DNA of 64,000 nt from Parcubacteria group bacterium (GTDB taxonomy: Bacteria; Patescibacteriota; Microgenomatia; UBA1400; PJMF01). The translations under genes and the position numbers were made by a program. The stretch is taken from positions 97,702-161,701 of the forward strand of contig CALQZX010000001.1 in NCBI GenBank assembly GCA_943350175.1, in the 5' to 3' direction. The notes below the pieces were generated by a model. It was not told the origin of the DNA. It saw nothing but the letters and a program-made list of their open reading frames with translations, and made no database searches. This document shows, one piece after another, positions 37,702 to 46,825 of the stretch; within the stretch, counting starts at the first letter, position 1; each line of letters opens with the position of its first letter.

Positions 37702-38655
37702 ATGAAAATTCCTAAAATATATCCAATAATAGTCCTAATCATAGTTTTGGCGGTTGGATTTAAAACTGTCGTGTTGCGTAAACCTGATACTCGTCTTTTA
37801 TACACGACCCAAAAGGAAACATTTCTTGAAACTATTCAAGTAAGTGGTATCTACCATAAAACGGCTACGGAAACAGAAAAAGCCACTACCTATGCGACCT
37901 ATCAAAGCGCCCTTAGCACTATTGTGATATCAAGGCAAAATAAGGAAGCGGCAGATGCCACGATGTGGCTGAAAAGACAAGCTGTTTTAGATGCAGAGAA
38001 CGGCGTCGATTACAAAGATGACAACACAACAAATCCTGCTACCAAAGAAGATTACACTGATCTAGAAAAACTAAGCATAGATTCAAAACTTGTTCAGGCA
38101 GAGAAAGATTTTCTCTCATCAGAGACTAAGTATAAAGAGGCAGGTATTTCTATTGCCGCCGCTCAAGCACAAGTGAATCTGTCCAAAATTGCCTATGAAG
38201 ATACCTTGGAAAACGAGCCACTGTTAACCGTATATGTAAATGAAGTTTATGCTCCCAAAGTCTCACTTGGGCAAAAAGTGAATGTCACTTTTGATGCGCT
38301 CAAAGATGTGGTTTTTGCTGGAAAGATCTCCTCCATTGATTCGGTAGGCACTGTTACTGGTGGAGTTACCACTTTTGAAGCGAAAATTGAAATCATTGAT
38401 TTGCCAGCTGAGATCAAACCCAATATGACAGCGATTGCTACCATTGAGTTAATTCGTAAAGAAAATACCATTGCCATACCAATGAGCGCGATAATTTACC
38501 AGGATGGAAAAGCATTTATCCAAAAAGCCAGTAGTGATGATGGAGTTTTGACACCGGTGGAACTTGGAGAAAAGGGATTTGTCAAGGTGGAAGTAATCTC
38601 TGGTTTGGATAGTGGAACAGAAGTGCTGGTCAGACCAAACAGTAAAAGTTTATGA
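37702..38655 (+). CDS. Efflux transporter periplasmic adaptor (membrane fusion protein, MacA/HlyD-like)
   Basis: 317 aa. N-terminal TM anchor, coiled-coil, beta-barrel region. Operonic with the ABC permease and ATPase. Confidence 0.7.
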   Translation: MKIPKIYPIIVLIIVLAVGFKTVVLRKPDTRLLYTTQKETFLETIQVSGIYHKTATETEKATTYATYQSALSTIVISRQNKEAADATMWLKRQAVLDAENGVDYKDDNTTNPATKEDYTDLEKLSIDSKLVQAEKDFLSSETKYKEAGISIAAAQAQVNLSKIAYEDTLENEPLLTVYVNEVYAPKVSLGQKVNVTFDALKDVVFAGKISSIDSVGTVTGGVTTFEAKIEIIDLPAEIKPNMTAIATIELIRKENTIAIPMSAIIYQDGKAFIQKASSDDGVLTPVELGEKGFVKVEVISGLDSGTEVLVRPNSKSL

Positions 38656-39926
38656 AAATACAAGTGAGTTTTAACAAACTTAAAAAAGATCTGACAGTAG
38701 GGCAATTTTTAGCAGTTCGCGAACTGAAACGTAATAATCCCTGGTCAACAGCCCTTATTATCTTCGTGATGTCTCTGACATTTTTTAATATGGTGTTAAT
38801 GGGTGGTATTCTCATTGGATTGGCTGACGGAATGATGAACTCATTCAAAACGTATTACTCTTCAGACATTTTAATCAAGCCGATCAGTCAAAATACCTCA
38901 ATATCTCAAGTTAGCATGCTCGACTCCGTTATTAAAAGCTTACCTTCCTACAAGTCTTTATCAAAACGATATACCGTGCCTGCAATTCTAGAGAACGAAG
39001 GTAAGATAAAAATTAAAGATACAGAAATTGGCCAACGAGTAAGTAGTACACTGGTCGGAATTAATCCAAGCGAAGAAGATGCAGTTACTGGATTATCCTC
39101 TCAATTAATTTCTGGGGAATTTTTAAGCGATTACGACACTGATGGGATTATTGTAGGGAAGAGTTTATTATCCGAATACTCCAAAGGTTCTTCCACGGAA
39201 TCACGCCTAGAAGGAGTGGTAATCGGATCTAGATTAAAACTGATGATTGGCAAAACGGAGACAGAGGCTATTGTCAAAGGGATCATTGATACCGGCAATA
39301 GCACCGTGGATAGCCGCATCTTTATACTTGAGAGTACTATGCGCGCACTAACAAATAATCAAAGTCTTGATGTTAACGAAATAGCTGTATTGCTCAATCA
39401 AGGTTCTGATAACAAAGAAGCCAAGGGATATATAGTAGACAATTTCTCTTATAGTACCGACGTTATTGTCGAAACGGCTGAAGAAACCTTGCCAAAGGCC
39501 ATTTCAGATATGAAAAAAACATTTTCAATGCTAGGTAATATTGTGGGTGTAATTTCACTTATTGTCGGAGCAATTACGATTTTTATCGTTATCTTTGTTA
39601 ATGCCATCACCAGGAGAAAATATATCGGCATTATGAAGGGAATTGGAATATCCGCACGCGCCATTGAGATCTCGTATGTCATTCAATCATTATTTTATGC
39701 ACTTTCTGGGATACTATTTTCGAGCCTGATTATTATTTGGTTTCTTGCCCCCTGGTTTGATCTCCACCCTTTACAATTTCCCGTCACCGAAGGGAGATTA
39801 GCGATCACTACAAACGGCCTTATCATTCGCGGCCTTATCTTGACTGTTACAGCCTTCATCTCTGGCTATGTTCCAGCCTGGATGGTGACCAAACAAAATA
39901 CATTAGACGCAATTTTGGGTAGATAA
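38652..39926 (+). CDS. ABC transporter permease, FtsX-like (MacB-type)
   Basis: 424 aa. N-terminal TM, large periplasmic domain, C-terminal FtsX-like TM bundle. Confidence 0.8.
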   Translation: MKIQVSFNKLKKDLTVGQFLAVRELKRNNPWSTALIIFVMSLTFFNMVLMGGILIGLADGMMNSFKTYYSSDILIKPISQNTSISQVSMLDSVIKSLPSYKSLSKRYTVPAILENEGKIKIKDTEIGQRVSSTLVGINPSEEDAVTGLSSQLISGEFLSDYDTDGIIVGKSLLSEYSKGSSTESRLEGVVIGSRLKLMIGKTETEAIVKGIIDTGNSTVDSRIFILESTMRALTNNQSLDVNEIAVLLNQGSDNKEAKGYIVDNFSYSTDVIVETAEETLPKAISDMKKTFSMLGNIVGVISLIVGAITIFIVIFVNAITRRKYIGIMKGIGISARAIEISYVIQSLFYALSGILFSSLIIIWFLAPWFDLHPLQFPVTEGRLAITTNGLIIRGLILTVTAFISGYVPAWMVTKQNTLDAILGR

Positions 39927-39931
39927 AAAAT

Positions 39932-40618
39932 ATGATAAAAGCTAGTAATCTGACAAAGATATTTACAATCGGTGACAATACGCTTACTGCGCTAAAGAAA
40001 ATTAGCTTTTCAGTGCCATCTGGCCAATTCTTAGCCATCACTGGCATGTCTGGATCTGGTAAAAGCACACTTTTATACCAACTGAGCTTATTGGATCATC
40101 CTAATCAGGGCACTATTGAGATTGAAAACGTCAACACATCCCTATTAACAAGTGATGAAAGAATCTCCTTTAGATTGAAAAATTTGGGCTACATCTTTCA
40201 GGACTATGCCATCCTACCTATGCTGACAGCCAAGGAAAATGTCATGATGCCTCTTCTAATGCAAGGAGTTGATGAAAAAATAGCTCAAAAAAAGGCAGAA
40301 GAAGCACTTGAAAAAGTCGACCTTCAAGACAGACTAGACAACCTGCCAAGCCAGCTTTCTGGTGGTCAACAGCAGAGAGTCAGTATTGCACGGTCAATCG
40401 TGCATAATCCAAAAATTCTTTTTGCCGATGAGCCAACCGCCAATTTAGACACAGAGTCATCAGAAAAAGTCTTAGATATTTTCTTGAATCTCCATAAGCA
40501 AGGTCAAACCATTATTATGGTTACTCATGAACCTGAATACGCTAAATTAGCAGAGCGGAACATCGAACTCAGAGATGGATCAATAATAAATGAAATAATC
40601 CAAAAACATAGTAAGTAA
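39932..40618 (+). CDS. ABC transporter ATP-binding protein (MacB/LolD-type)
   Basis: 228 aa. Walker A GMSGSGKST, signature LSGGQQQRVSIAR, Walker B ILFADEPT. Confidence 0.9.
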   Translation: MIKASNLTKIFTIGDNTLTALKKISFSVPSGQFLAITGMSGSGKSTLLYQLSLLDHPNQGTIEIENVNTSLLTSDERISFRLKNLGYIFQDYAILPMLTAKENVMMPLLMQGVDEKIAQKKAEEALEKVDLQDRLDNLPSQLSGGQQQRVSIARSIVHNPKILFADEPTANLDTESSEKVLDIFLNLHKQGQTIIMVTHEPEYAKLAERNIELRDGSIINEIIQKHSK

Positions 40619-40768
40619 GAATATTTTTACTCTTTGTGCGTTGTTTATGAATCTGTATTATTGGCTTTTATCTTTTTGTGACTGGTGCTAGTTTTTTGGT
40701 AAACCGCAGACAAAATATCAAAAAATGATTCTAGTAGCAACTATCTCGATTAGTTGTATAATGCCAAT

Positions 40769-40972
40769 ATGAGTTTAGAAGATCAAAAGCTAGCCAAAAT
40801 CTTTAGAGACGCCAGAGAAGAGTCTGGACTAACCCAGGCTGGCCTAGCTAAGAAGGGTGGCTTTAATGCTAACTATTACGCCAGAGTAGAACGAGGCGAA
40901 GTTACCCCGCGTATAGATATTGTCGAGAAAATCGCCAAAGCCCTCAACATAAGTCTCAGGTTTCCACTCTAG
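40769..40972 (+). CDS. XRE-family helix-turn-helix transcriptional regulator
   Basis: From MSLEDQKLAKIFRDAREESGLTQAGLAKKGGF..YYARVERGEVTPRIDIVEKIAKAL, a Cro/C1-type HTH. Confidence 0.65.
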   Translation: MSLEDQKLAKIFRDAREESGLTQAGLAKKGGFNANYYARVERGEVTPRIDIVEKIAKALNISLRFPL

Positions 40973-41417
40973 GAATAATCGCGACTATTTTTATTAGCCC
41001 TTTTGTATCGTATAATACCCATGGGAACCCTGATGAATGGAGGCGGAAACTAGTTTATTCGGTTTCGCTTTGGACTTCATCATATGCGAGCATTATTTTC
41101 TGAATCCAAGGCAGAAAGTGTTCAAATAAAGATGCATCAGGGGCACATTTCTTTTAACATGCCGTTAGGCATGATAAAAGAAATGTTGTTCTATATAAGC
41201 AGCACTTGAACCGTAGGCGCCGGCAGCTAGCTGCCTAGTCCCTAAGTCCAAAATTTAAAATGAAATGGATGAAAGTCGCACATCGAGTCCCTGAAAAGGG
41301 ACGCGAGAAATGCGTCCAGACACGAAGTAGTCTGGGACAGCTCTCCCGGGCACATTTTTAGATTTAAAATCTAGTAATCAATGGTTGATGCTAAGTAATT
41401 GGCTTGAAAGCCTATTC

Positions 41418-41807
41418 TTACATTTCTTTGATGTCGCTTATTCTGCTCAGCAATAAATAAATTTTGCCATTACTTTTCTGATTGCCATTTTCGTATTTCA
41501 CAGTGGCATCTATTAAATAAGGACCAGCTTCATCAGATCCAAAGATTCCTTGAGCGGCTGTGACATTTTGGCCAGATTGGTATTCAACTGGCTGTAGGTA
41601 GGTTATGGAATATTGCTTGCCAGGAATTAGCTCTTTTCCAGATGCTTTTTCATTAGAGTTTCTAGCTTTGTCGAAATGTGAAAGGATTCTTACTCCTTTT
41701 CCGTGCTTTGCGGGGATGGTGTCGTAAGATCTTGCAACAACATCTCCCACACCAAGATCTTCCGGATGGTAGTCGTCTGATGGTAGCAAAAAAAGAGGTT
41801 CATTCAT
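41418..41807 (-). CDS. Hypothetical protein
   Basis: 129 aa ORF. No motif recognised. Confidence 0.4.
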   Translation of the reverse strand: MNEPLFLLPSDDYHPEDLGVGDVVARSYDTIPAKHGKGVRILSHFDKARNSNEKASGKELIPGKQYSITYLQPVEYQSGQNVTAAQGIFGSDEAGPYLIDATVKYENGNQKSNGKIYLLLSRISDIKEM

Positions 41808-41840
41808 ATATTTATTTTTTTATTTATTTAGTATTTAGAC

Positions 41841-41881
41841 AAAAAAACCCGTCCTATTTTTTAAAACAAGACGGGTGTTTT
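41841..41881. terminator. Bidirectional rho-independent terminator
   Basis: aaaaaaACCCGTCctattttttaaaacaaGACGGGTgtttt. Positioned 3' of the minus-strand gene ending at 41988. Confidence 0.5.
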
Positions 41882-41987
41882 GGTCTCAGAACGTAATCCC
41901 GGTGAGGAATAACCTTCTGAGTTAATAGGTATTATAGCAAATATTATAAGATAGTCAACTCTGGACCAGTTTTTGGATGATTATTGG

Positions 41988-42653
41988 TTACTTATTTTCT
42001 TTAGCAAATTCCATCACGTTCGCATTGTTCTTCATTTCTCTACCCATTTGGCGATCGTCATAACGCATTTCTGCCATCCATTGATTGACAGAACTTGCCC
42101 AAGATCCATTGCTGGAAGGGGTGTATTTGCTTTCAATTTGCTCAACGGTGACCAGGCCTCTGTCGATGTAATAAGCCTTTAGTTCACGACCGGCTCTTTC
42201 GAAGCCATCTTCATAACTGTCAAAATCCAAGGTGCCTGATTTATGAATGCCGAATCCAAGACAATTGTGTGGTGCGTTTGGATTTTGGTTTTTACACAGG
42301 CCAGACTCCTGCATGGCAATGGCTGGCAAAAGTCTAAAATCTATCCCATAACGATCGGCGATTTCAACAATTTTTTTGCCATAAAAGTCATACGGCTTCA
42401 TTGGCGAATTATATCTTTCCAGAAATTTAGCGATGATTTGGCCTCTAGCATCTTCACTTTCAATCACTGTGGTGACGAGTTGAGCTTGTCCCTTGGAATC
42501 CTGCGGACTTTGAATCTTTGGAAGTTTAGCAACTTCAAATTTGGAGGGTGAATTATCTTTGGCAATGAAGTAAAAACTATAGGCAGAGCTACCCAGTAAA
42601 ATAGCTGAGGTGGATAACAAAAACCAACTAAAAACAAAAAAGAATTTTTTCAT
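41988..42653 (-). CDS. Secreted protein, putative peptidoglycan hydrolase (glucosaminidase/lytic-transglycosylase-like)
   Basis: 221 aa. Signal/TM N-terminus. LLPAIAMQESGL resembles the catalytic-Glu region of SLT/glucosaminidase domains. Confidence 0.4.
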   Translation of the reverse strand: MKKFFFVFSWFLLSTSAILLGSSAYSFYFIAKDNSPSKFEVAKLPKIQSPQDSKGQAQLVTTVIESEDARGQIIAKFLERYNSPMKPYDFYGKKIVEIADRYGIDFRLLPAIAMQESGLCKNQNPNAPHNCLGFGIHKSGTLDFDSYEDGFERAGRELKAYYIDRGLVTVEQIESKYTPSSNGSWASSVNQWMAEMRYDDRQMGREMKNNANVMEFAKENK

Positions 42654-42720
42654 CTCTGTTTATTAGTATAACATTAGTAAAGAGCTGGGCCGTTTGATTG
42701 TGTTAAAATGAGCCAAGAAA

Positions 42721-43704
42721 ATGCCCATTATTTTTGCCTTTTTATTATTTGTTTTTAGTGCTTTTTTTGGCGGTGCCAAAGCTCAGGCAATTAACAGTCA
42801 AAAGCTAGGTATTCACATCCTTCACACTGGCGAGTTGGACAAATTTAGGCAAGTTTACCCTGATGAAGAATGGCGCTTCGCGACCATTCCTTTTACTTTG
42901 GATGATCTGGAAAAATATAGCGAGTGGCAAGGATTTTTCGATCACGCTTACAAACTAAAAGTCATTCCCATTTTGCGTTTGACCACGCGTTTTGATCCAA
43001 AAATTAATGCTTGGATTATTCCTAGTCGTAAAAATATTATTGATATGGCCAAGTTTTTATCTAGGCTGGATTGGCATCAAAATGAGAAATTCATCATTGT
43101 TTTTAACGAAGTGAATCATGCTGCTGAATGGGGTGGCAAGATCGATCCTCTGCTCTATGGTAGTATTTTGAAATTTACTAGCGATTGGTTTCATAGCGAA
43201 AATTATAATTATCGAATTTTGCCGGCAGCCATGGATTTGGCTGCCAATAGTAGTGGCGAGACGAGGGAGGCTTTTGGCTATTTGCAAAGTCTCTATGATT
43301 TTGACAACCAAATTTTTGACAGCATTGATTATTGGAATTCTCATTCCTATCCAAATCCAGATTTTGCGGCTTCGCCAAAGAAAGTTGGTCAGAATTCCAT
43401 GCGCGGATTTCTCTACGAACTGAACTGGCTGAAAAGCAAAACAGGTAAAGATTTCGAAGTTCTTATTACTGAAACTGGTTGGGCTTCTTCTTATCTCACC
43501 AACTACTATCTAGATGATTACTATTTGTATGCATTAAATTATATTTGGAGCGATTCAAGGGTTAGAGCAGTGACGCCTTTTATTATGAAAGGCAGTCCCG
43601 GTCCCTTCGCTTCTTTTAGTTTTTTTGACGCCGCTGGCAACCCGACAGTACAACTCTTTTCACTGCAAAAAGCGCTGCGATCTTATGATGCTTTGACCTT
43701 TTAA
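42721..43704 (+). CDS. Secreted glycoside-hydrolase-like protein (clan GH-A-like)
   Basis: 327 aa. Signal peptide. VFNEVNH (acid/base Glu) and LITETGW (nucleophile Glu) spaced as in GH5/GH53-type TIM-barrel hydrolases. Confidence 0.5.
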   Translation: MPIIFAFLLFVFSAFFGGAKAQAINSQKLGIHILHTGELDKFRQVYPDEEWRFATIPFTLDDLEKYSEWQGFFDHAYKLKVIPILRLTTRFDPKINAWIIPSRKNIIDMAKFLSRLDWHQNEKFIIVFNEVNHAAEWGGKIDPLLYGSILKFTSDWFHSENYNYRILPAAMDLAANSSGETREAFGYLQSLYDFDNQIFDSIDYWNSHSYPNPDFAASPKKVGQNSMRGFLYELNWLKSKTGKDFEVLITETGWASSYLTNYYLDDYYLYALNYIWSDSRVRAVTPFIMKGSPGPFASFSFFDAAGNPTVQLFSLQKALRSYDALTF

Positions 43705-43817
43705 TTAATGTTTTTGGAAGGCTTCAGATGCAACTTTATTTTGAATCAAGTATGGGTTAAACTATGGGGGTTGCTTGGCAGTTGTGAAGTGGCCATCAAA
43801 AAGTTAAAATCAAAAAC

Positions 43818-43888
43818 GCGGGTGTAGTACACCGGTAGTATGTCTCCCTTCCAAGGAGAAGAAGCCAGTCCGATTCTGGTCACCCGCT
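43818..43888 (+). tRNA. tRNA-Gly (anticodon TCC)
   Basis: GCGGGTGTAGTACACCGGTAGTATG, anticodon arm TCTCC-CTTCCAA-GGAGA, T-arm GCCAG-TCCGATT-CTGGT, acceptor CACCCGC with discriminator U. Same unusual UCCGAUU T-loop as tRNA-Glu. Confidence 0.8.
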
Positions 43889-43892
43889 CAAA

Positions 43893-43930
43893 TAAAAAAA
43901 GAGACCATAATTTGGTCTCTTTTTTTATTT
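43893..43930. terminator. Bidirectional rho-independent terminator 3' of tRNA-Gly(TCC)
   Basis: aaaaaaAGAGACCataatttGGTCTCTttttttatttg. Confidence 0.55.
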
Positions 43931-44108
43931 GAGACTGGTGGCTACAGATTAGAACTCTTGAGCGAAGTGAAAAAGTCCTGCCGCCAAGTGCGATTAGCAC
44001 CTGGGTAATACCCGTAGGGTGGATTCTGGTGATGAAAAAAGGCAAAGAAAAATCCTCTCTAAACGTAATAAAATGTACATAAAGCTGATCAGAAGTTATA
44101 ATTAAACC

Positions 44109-44576
44109 ATGATCAAAGCAATTGTTAGCGATTTTTCAAGAGTTTTGCTTTTTCCAAAAGATAGAAATTATCTAGCGAGCTTAAATGTTTTACACAAGGA
44201 GTTGTCTCAAAAACCTGACTACAATGCTCTTGACCATTTTGAATTAAATATTGAACTTTTAAATTTTTATAAATCCTTGAAAGATAAGACTCCCATCTAC
44301 ATCTTTACCAGTGACTCCATTCAAGATGCCGTTGAATTTCAACCATATTTACAACCAGTTTTTAAAGATATTCTATCTGCTAAAAAAATGGACACAGATA
44401 AGAAAATCTCCGCAGCCTATAAGCTAGTTGCGACTCATCTCAATTTAAATGTAAATGAAATACTTTACATTGATGACGCTATTGAAAATATTATGGCAGC
44501 AAAAAAAGCTGGCCTAAATACACTTTTATATGAAAATTTTCAAAAGCTAACCAATCAAATGATGGAAATTTTATGA
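44109..44576 (+). CDS. Hypothetical protein, HAD-like
   Basis: 155 aa. C-terminal ILYIDDAIENIMAAKKAGLNTLLY resembles HAD motif III/IV. N-terminal motif I is degenerate. Confidence 0.4.
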   Translation: MIKAIVSDFSRVLLFPKDRNYLASLNVLHKELSQKPDYNALDHFELNIELLNFYKSLKDKTPIYIFTSDSIQDAVEFQPYLQPVFKDILSAKKMDTDKKISAAYKLVATHLNLNVNEILYIDDAIENIMAAKKAGLNTLLYENFQKLTNQMMEIL

Positions 44577-45025
44577 CCTCATTTCACCACCTCTTCCTCC
44601 TCGCCTTCTCCATCTTCAACTTTCTCATCTTCCTCAAAGGCTTCTACGAATCCAAATACAAAAACAACGCCTTCGGCCTGACTCGCCCACTAGTCTTCAT
44701 TGGCGTTTTCGTCTGGGCCGACGCAGTCATTTTTGGACTATTTTGGGTCATGGCATCTCTAATCACCTACTTCCTCCAAGATTGGTATTTATTTTTGCTA
44801 ATCACCTCAATTTTCTGGGTAGTTAGAAGTCTTGGAGAAGTGATCTATTGGCTCAACCAACAATTCTCCACCCTCAAGCGCAACCCTATTGAAAATCTGC
44901 CTTGGCAATCCATCTTTCACAACGACTCAGTGTGGTTTGTTCACCAGATTATCTGGCAGTGCGTGATGGCGATTTCACTCGTCTTCACCATCTACCTGTC
45001 CCATATGTGGTTACAAACTTTTTAA
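44573..45025 (+). CDS. Hypothetical integral membrane protein
   Basis: 150 aa with 4 predicted hydrophobic helices. Confidence 0.45.
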   Translation: MTSFHHLFLLAFSIFNFLIFLKGFYESKYKNNAFGLTRPLVFIGVFVWADAVIFGLFWVMASLITYFLQDWYLFLLITSIFWVVRSLGEVIYWLNQQFSTLKRNPIENLPWQSIFHNDSVWFVHQIIWQCVMAISLVFTIYLSHMWLQTF

Positions 45026-45033
45026 ATTTTAAT

Positions 45034-45306
45034 CTAAGGATTAATGTTTATTTGAAAAGAAGTGCCCAAGGCTTTAGCGGCTTTTTTTATGAAAGCCATG
45101 GATGGGAGAGTTTTGGCGTTTTCTACTCTTGAAATGACTGATTGTTTGGTGTGAAGTGCTTCCGCTAGTTTTTTTTGAGATAAACCATTGTTGATTCTTG
45201 CTTCAATGATTGCTCTGGCAACTTGGATCTCTGGTGAAACCTCTTCAAGAGCTTTTTTGAAAATTGGGTTTTTTAGTAGTTGTTTCTTATGTGTTTTCCA
45301 GTTCAT
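45034..45306 (-). CDS. XRE-family HTH transcriptional regulator
   Basis: 90 aa. LSQKKLAEALHTKQSVISRVENAKTLPSMAFIKKAAKALG. Confidence 0.6.
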   Translation of the reverse strand: MNWKTHKKQLLKNPIFKKALEEVSPEIQVARAIIEARINNGLSQKKLAEALHTKQSVISRVENAKTLPSMAFIKKAAKALGTSFQININP

Positions 45307-45336
45307 ATTAAAATAATATCACATATTTGTTATATT

Positions 45337-46134
45337 TTAAACTGAATTTTTCACGCTCACCACTCCAAAAATCCCCAGCGACACAATCACAATCGCTGCT
45401 CCAGCAGGCAAATCCAGGTAAAAAGCTCCAAAAAGCCCAACTAAAACGGCTAAAACTGCAAATAAAATTGCATAGAAGAAACTTTGTCTAAAACTCTTGG
45501 CAACCTGCATGGCAGTAACGCTTGGAATTACCATCAAAGCTCCAATGAGCAGAATTCCCACCACTCTCATGGCTAAAGAAACGGTGATGGCGGTTAGCGT
45601 CATCAAAATATAACTAATCAATCTAACATTAATTCCACTCAGTCTCGCGCCCTCTTCATCAAATGAAGAAAACAGCAGCTTTTTATAAAGCAAAATGACT
45701 GTGCTAATAGTCACTAAACCAAGAATAAGCATCGGCCAAATCTCGGCACTAGTGACGGTGCTAATGCTGCCAAAAAGATAGCTAAATAAATTAGAATTAA
45801 AGCCGTTGGCTATGCTAATCAAAATAACCGACACGGCCAAGCCTCCAGGCAAAAACATCGCCAAAACTGTATCTCCGGCAATTTTTTGGTTGGAGCGAAT
45901 TTTTTCAATCAGAATAGCGATGACAGTCGTTAAAATAGTAGTCACCAAGATGGGTTGAGTATGAGTCAAAAGGCCAATAGCTACTCCAGCTAAAGCGATG
46001 TGAGACAGCGTGTCGGCAACCATAGAAAAACGACGAATCAATAAAAAATTTCCGATGAGCGGGGCAATTGCAGCCACGATCAAACCAGCGATGAGAGCGC
46101 GAATCATGAAGCTGTATTGAAAAATTTCTAACAT
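45337..46134 (-). CDS. znuB: Metal (Zn/Mn) ABC transporter permease
   Basis: 265 aa ABC-3 family permease. Operon with znuC, znuA and zur. Confidence 0.8.
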   Translation of the reverse strand: MLEIFQYSFMIRALIAGLIVAAIAPLIGNFLLIRRFSMVADTLSHIALAGVAIGLLTHTQPILVTTILTTVIAILIEKIRSNQKIAGDTVLAMFLPGGLAVSVILISIANGFNSNLFSYLFGSISTVTSAEIWPMLILGLVTISTVILLYKKLLFSSFDEEGARLSGINVRLISYILMTLTAITVSLAMRVVGILLIGALMVIPSVTAMQVAKSFRQSFFYAILFAVLAVLVGLFGAFYLDLPAGAAIVIVSLGIFGVVSVKNSV

Positions 46135-46135
46135 A

Positions 46136-46822
46136 TTAGTGATGATGGGCGATCAATCTTTGGTTTTTACCATATAATTTTTCGATCAAATCAGTTTCCA
46201 ATAATTCCTGCGGCTGTCCGTGATAAATGAGATTTTTATTGATGCAGGCCACACTCGAAACTTCTTTGGCTACCACGTCTAATTCATGAGAAACCAAGAT
46301 TAGAGTCAGGCCATTTTCTTGGTTCAATTTCTTTAGTAATTTGTAGAAATTATTTTGAGACTGGCTATCAATGCCAACAGTTGGTTCGTCCAAAATTAAT
46401 AATTCTGGATTGTGCAGCAAAGCGCGAGCGATAAAAACTCTTTGTTGTTGCCCTCCAGAGAGCTCATTGAGCAGTCTTTTCTTTTTGCTAGCAATATTGG
46501 TTAGTTCCAAGACTCTTTCAATTTCTTCCTGACTTCCGCCGGCCATGGAAATAACCTCTTCGACAGTAATGGGAAAACCGATGGCATTAAAGCCGGCTTT
46601 TTGAGCGACATAACCAATCTTCTTAGTCATCAACTCTGCCCTGCCACTGGTTGGCTGTAAAAGGCCAAGAATAATTTTAAGCAAAGTGGTTTTGCCGCTG
46701 CCGTTCGGTCCAATTAGGCCAAGAAAATCACCCTCTTTAACTGTCAGAGAAACTTCATGCAAAATAACTTCGCTTTTGTATGAAAAGCTTAGATCAGTGA
46801 TTTTAATAATTTCTTTTTTCAT
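46136..46822 (-). CDS. znuC: Metal ABC transporter ATP-binding protein
   Basis: 228 aa. Walker A GPNGSGKTT, signature LSGGQQQRVFIAR, Walker B LILDEPT. Confidence 0.85.
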   Translation of the reverse strand: MKKEIIKITDLSFSYKSEVILHEVSLTVKEGDFLGLIGPNGSGKTTLLKIILGLLQPTSGRAELMTKKIGYVAQKAGFNAIGFPITVEEVISMAGGSQEEIERVLELTNIASKKKRLLNELSGGQQQRVFIARALLHNPELLILDEPTVGIDSQSQNNFYKLLKKLNQENGLTLILVSHELDVVAKEVSSVACINKNLIYHGQPQELLETDLIEKLYGKNQRLIAHHH

Positions 46823-46825
46823 TTT

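Noticed and set aside
40980-41417. tmRNA, SRP RNA, RNase P RNA or 6S RNA assignment for the structured non-coding segment
   Set aside because: I could not find the conserved tmRNA ends or a tRNA-like T-arm, the SRP domain-IV GGAAGGAAGCAGC motif, or the RNase P P4 motifs (AGGAAAGUCCGGGC / ACAGAAxCCGG). Only the terminal 14 nt resemble tRNA-Leu. It is left as an unclassified candidate ncRNA / att region.
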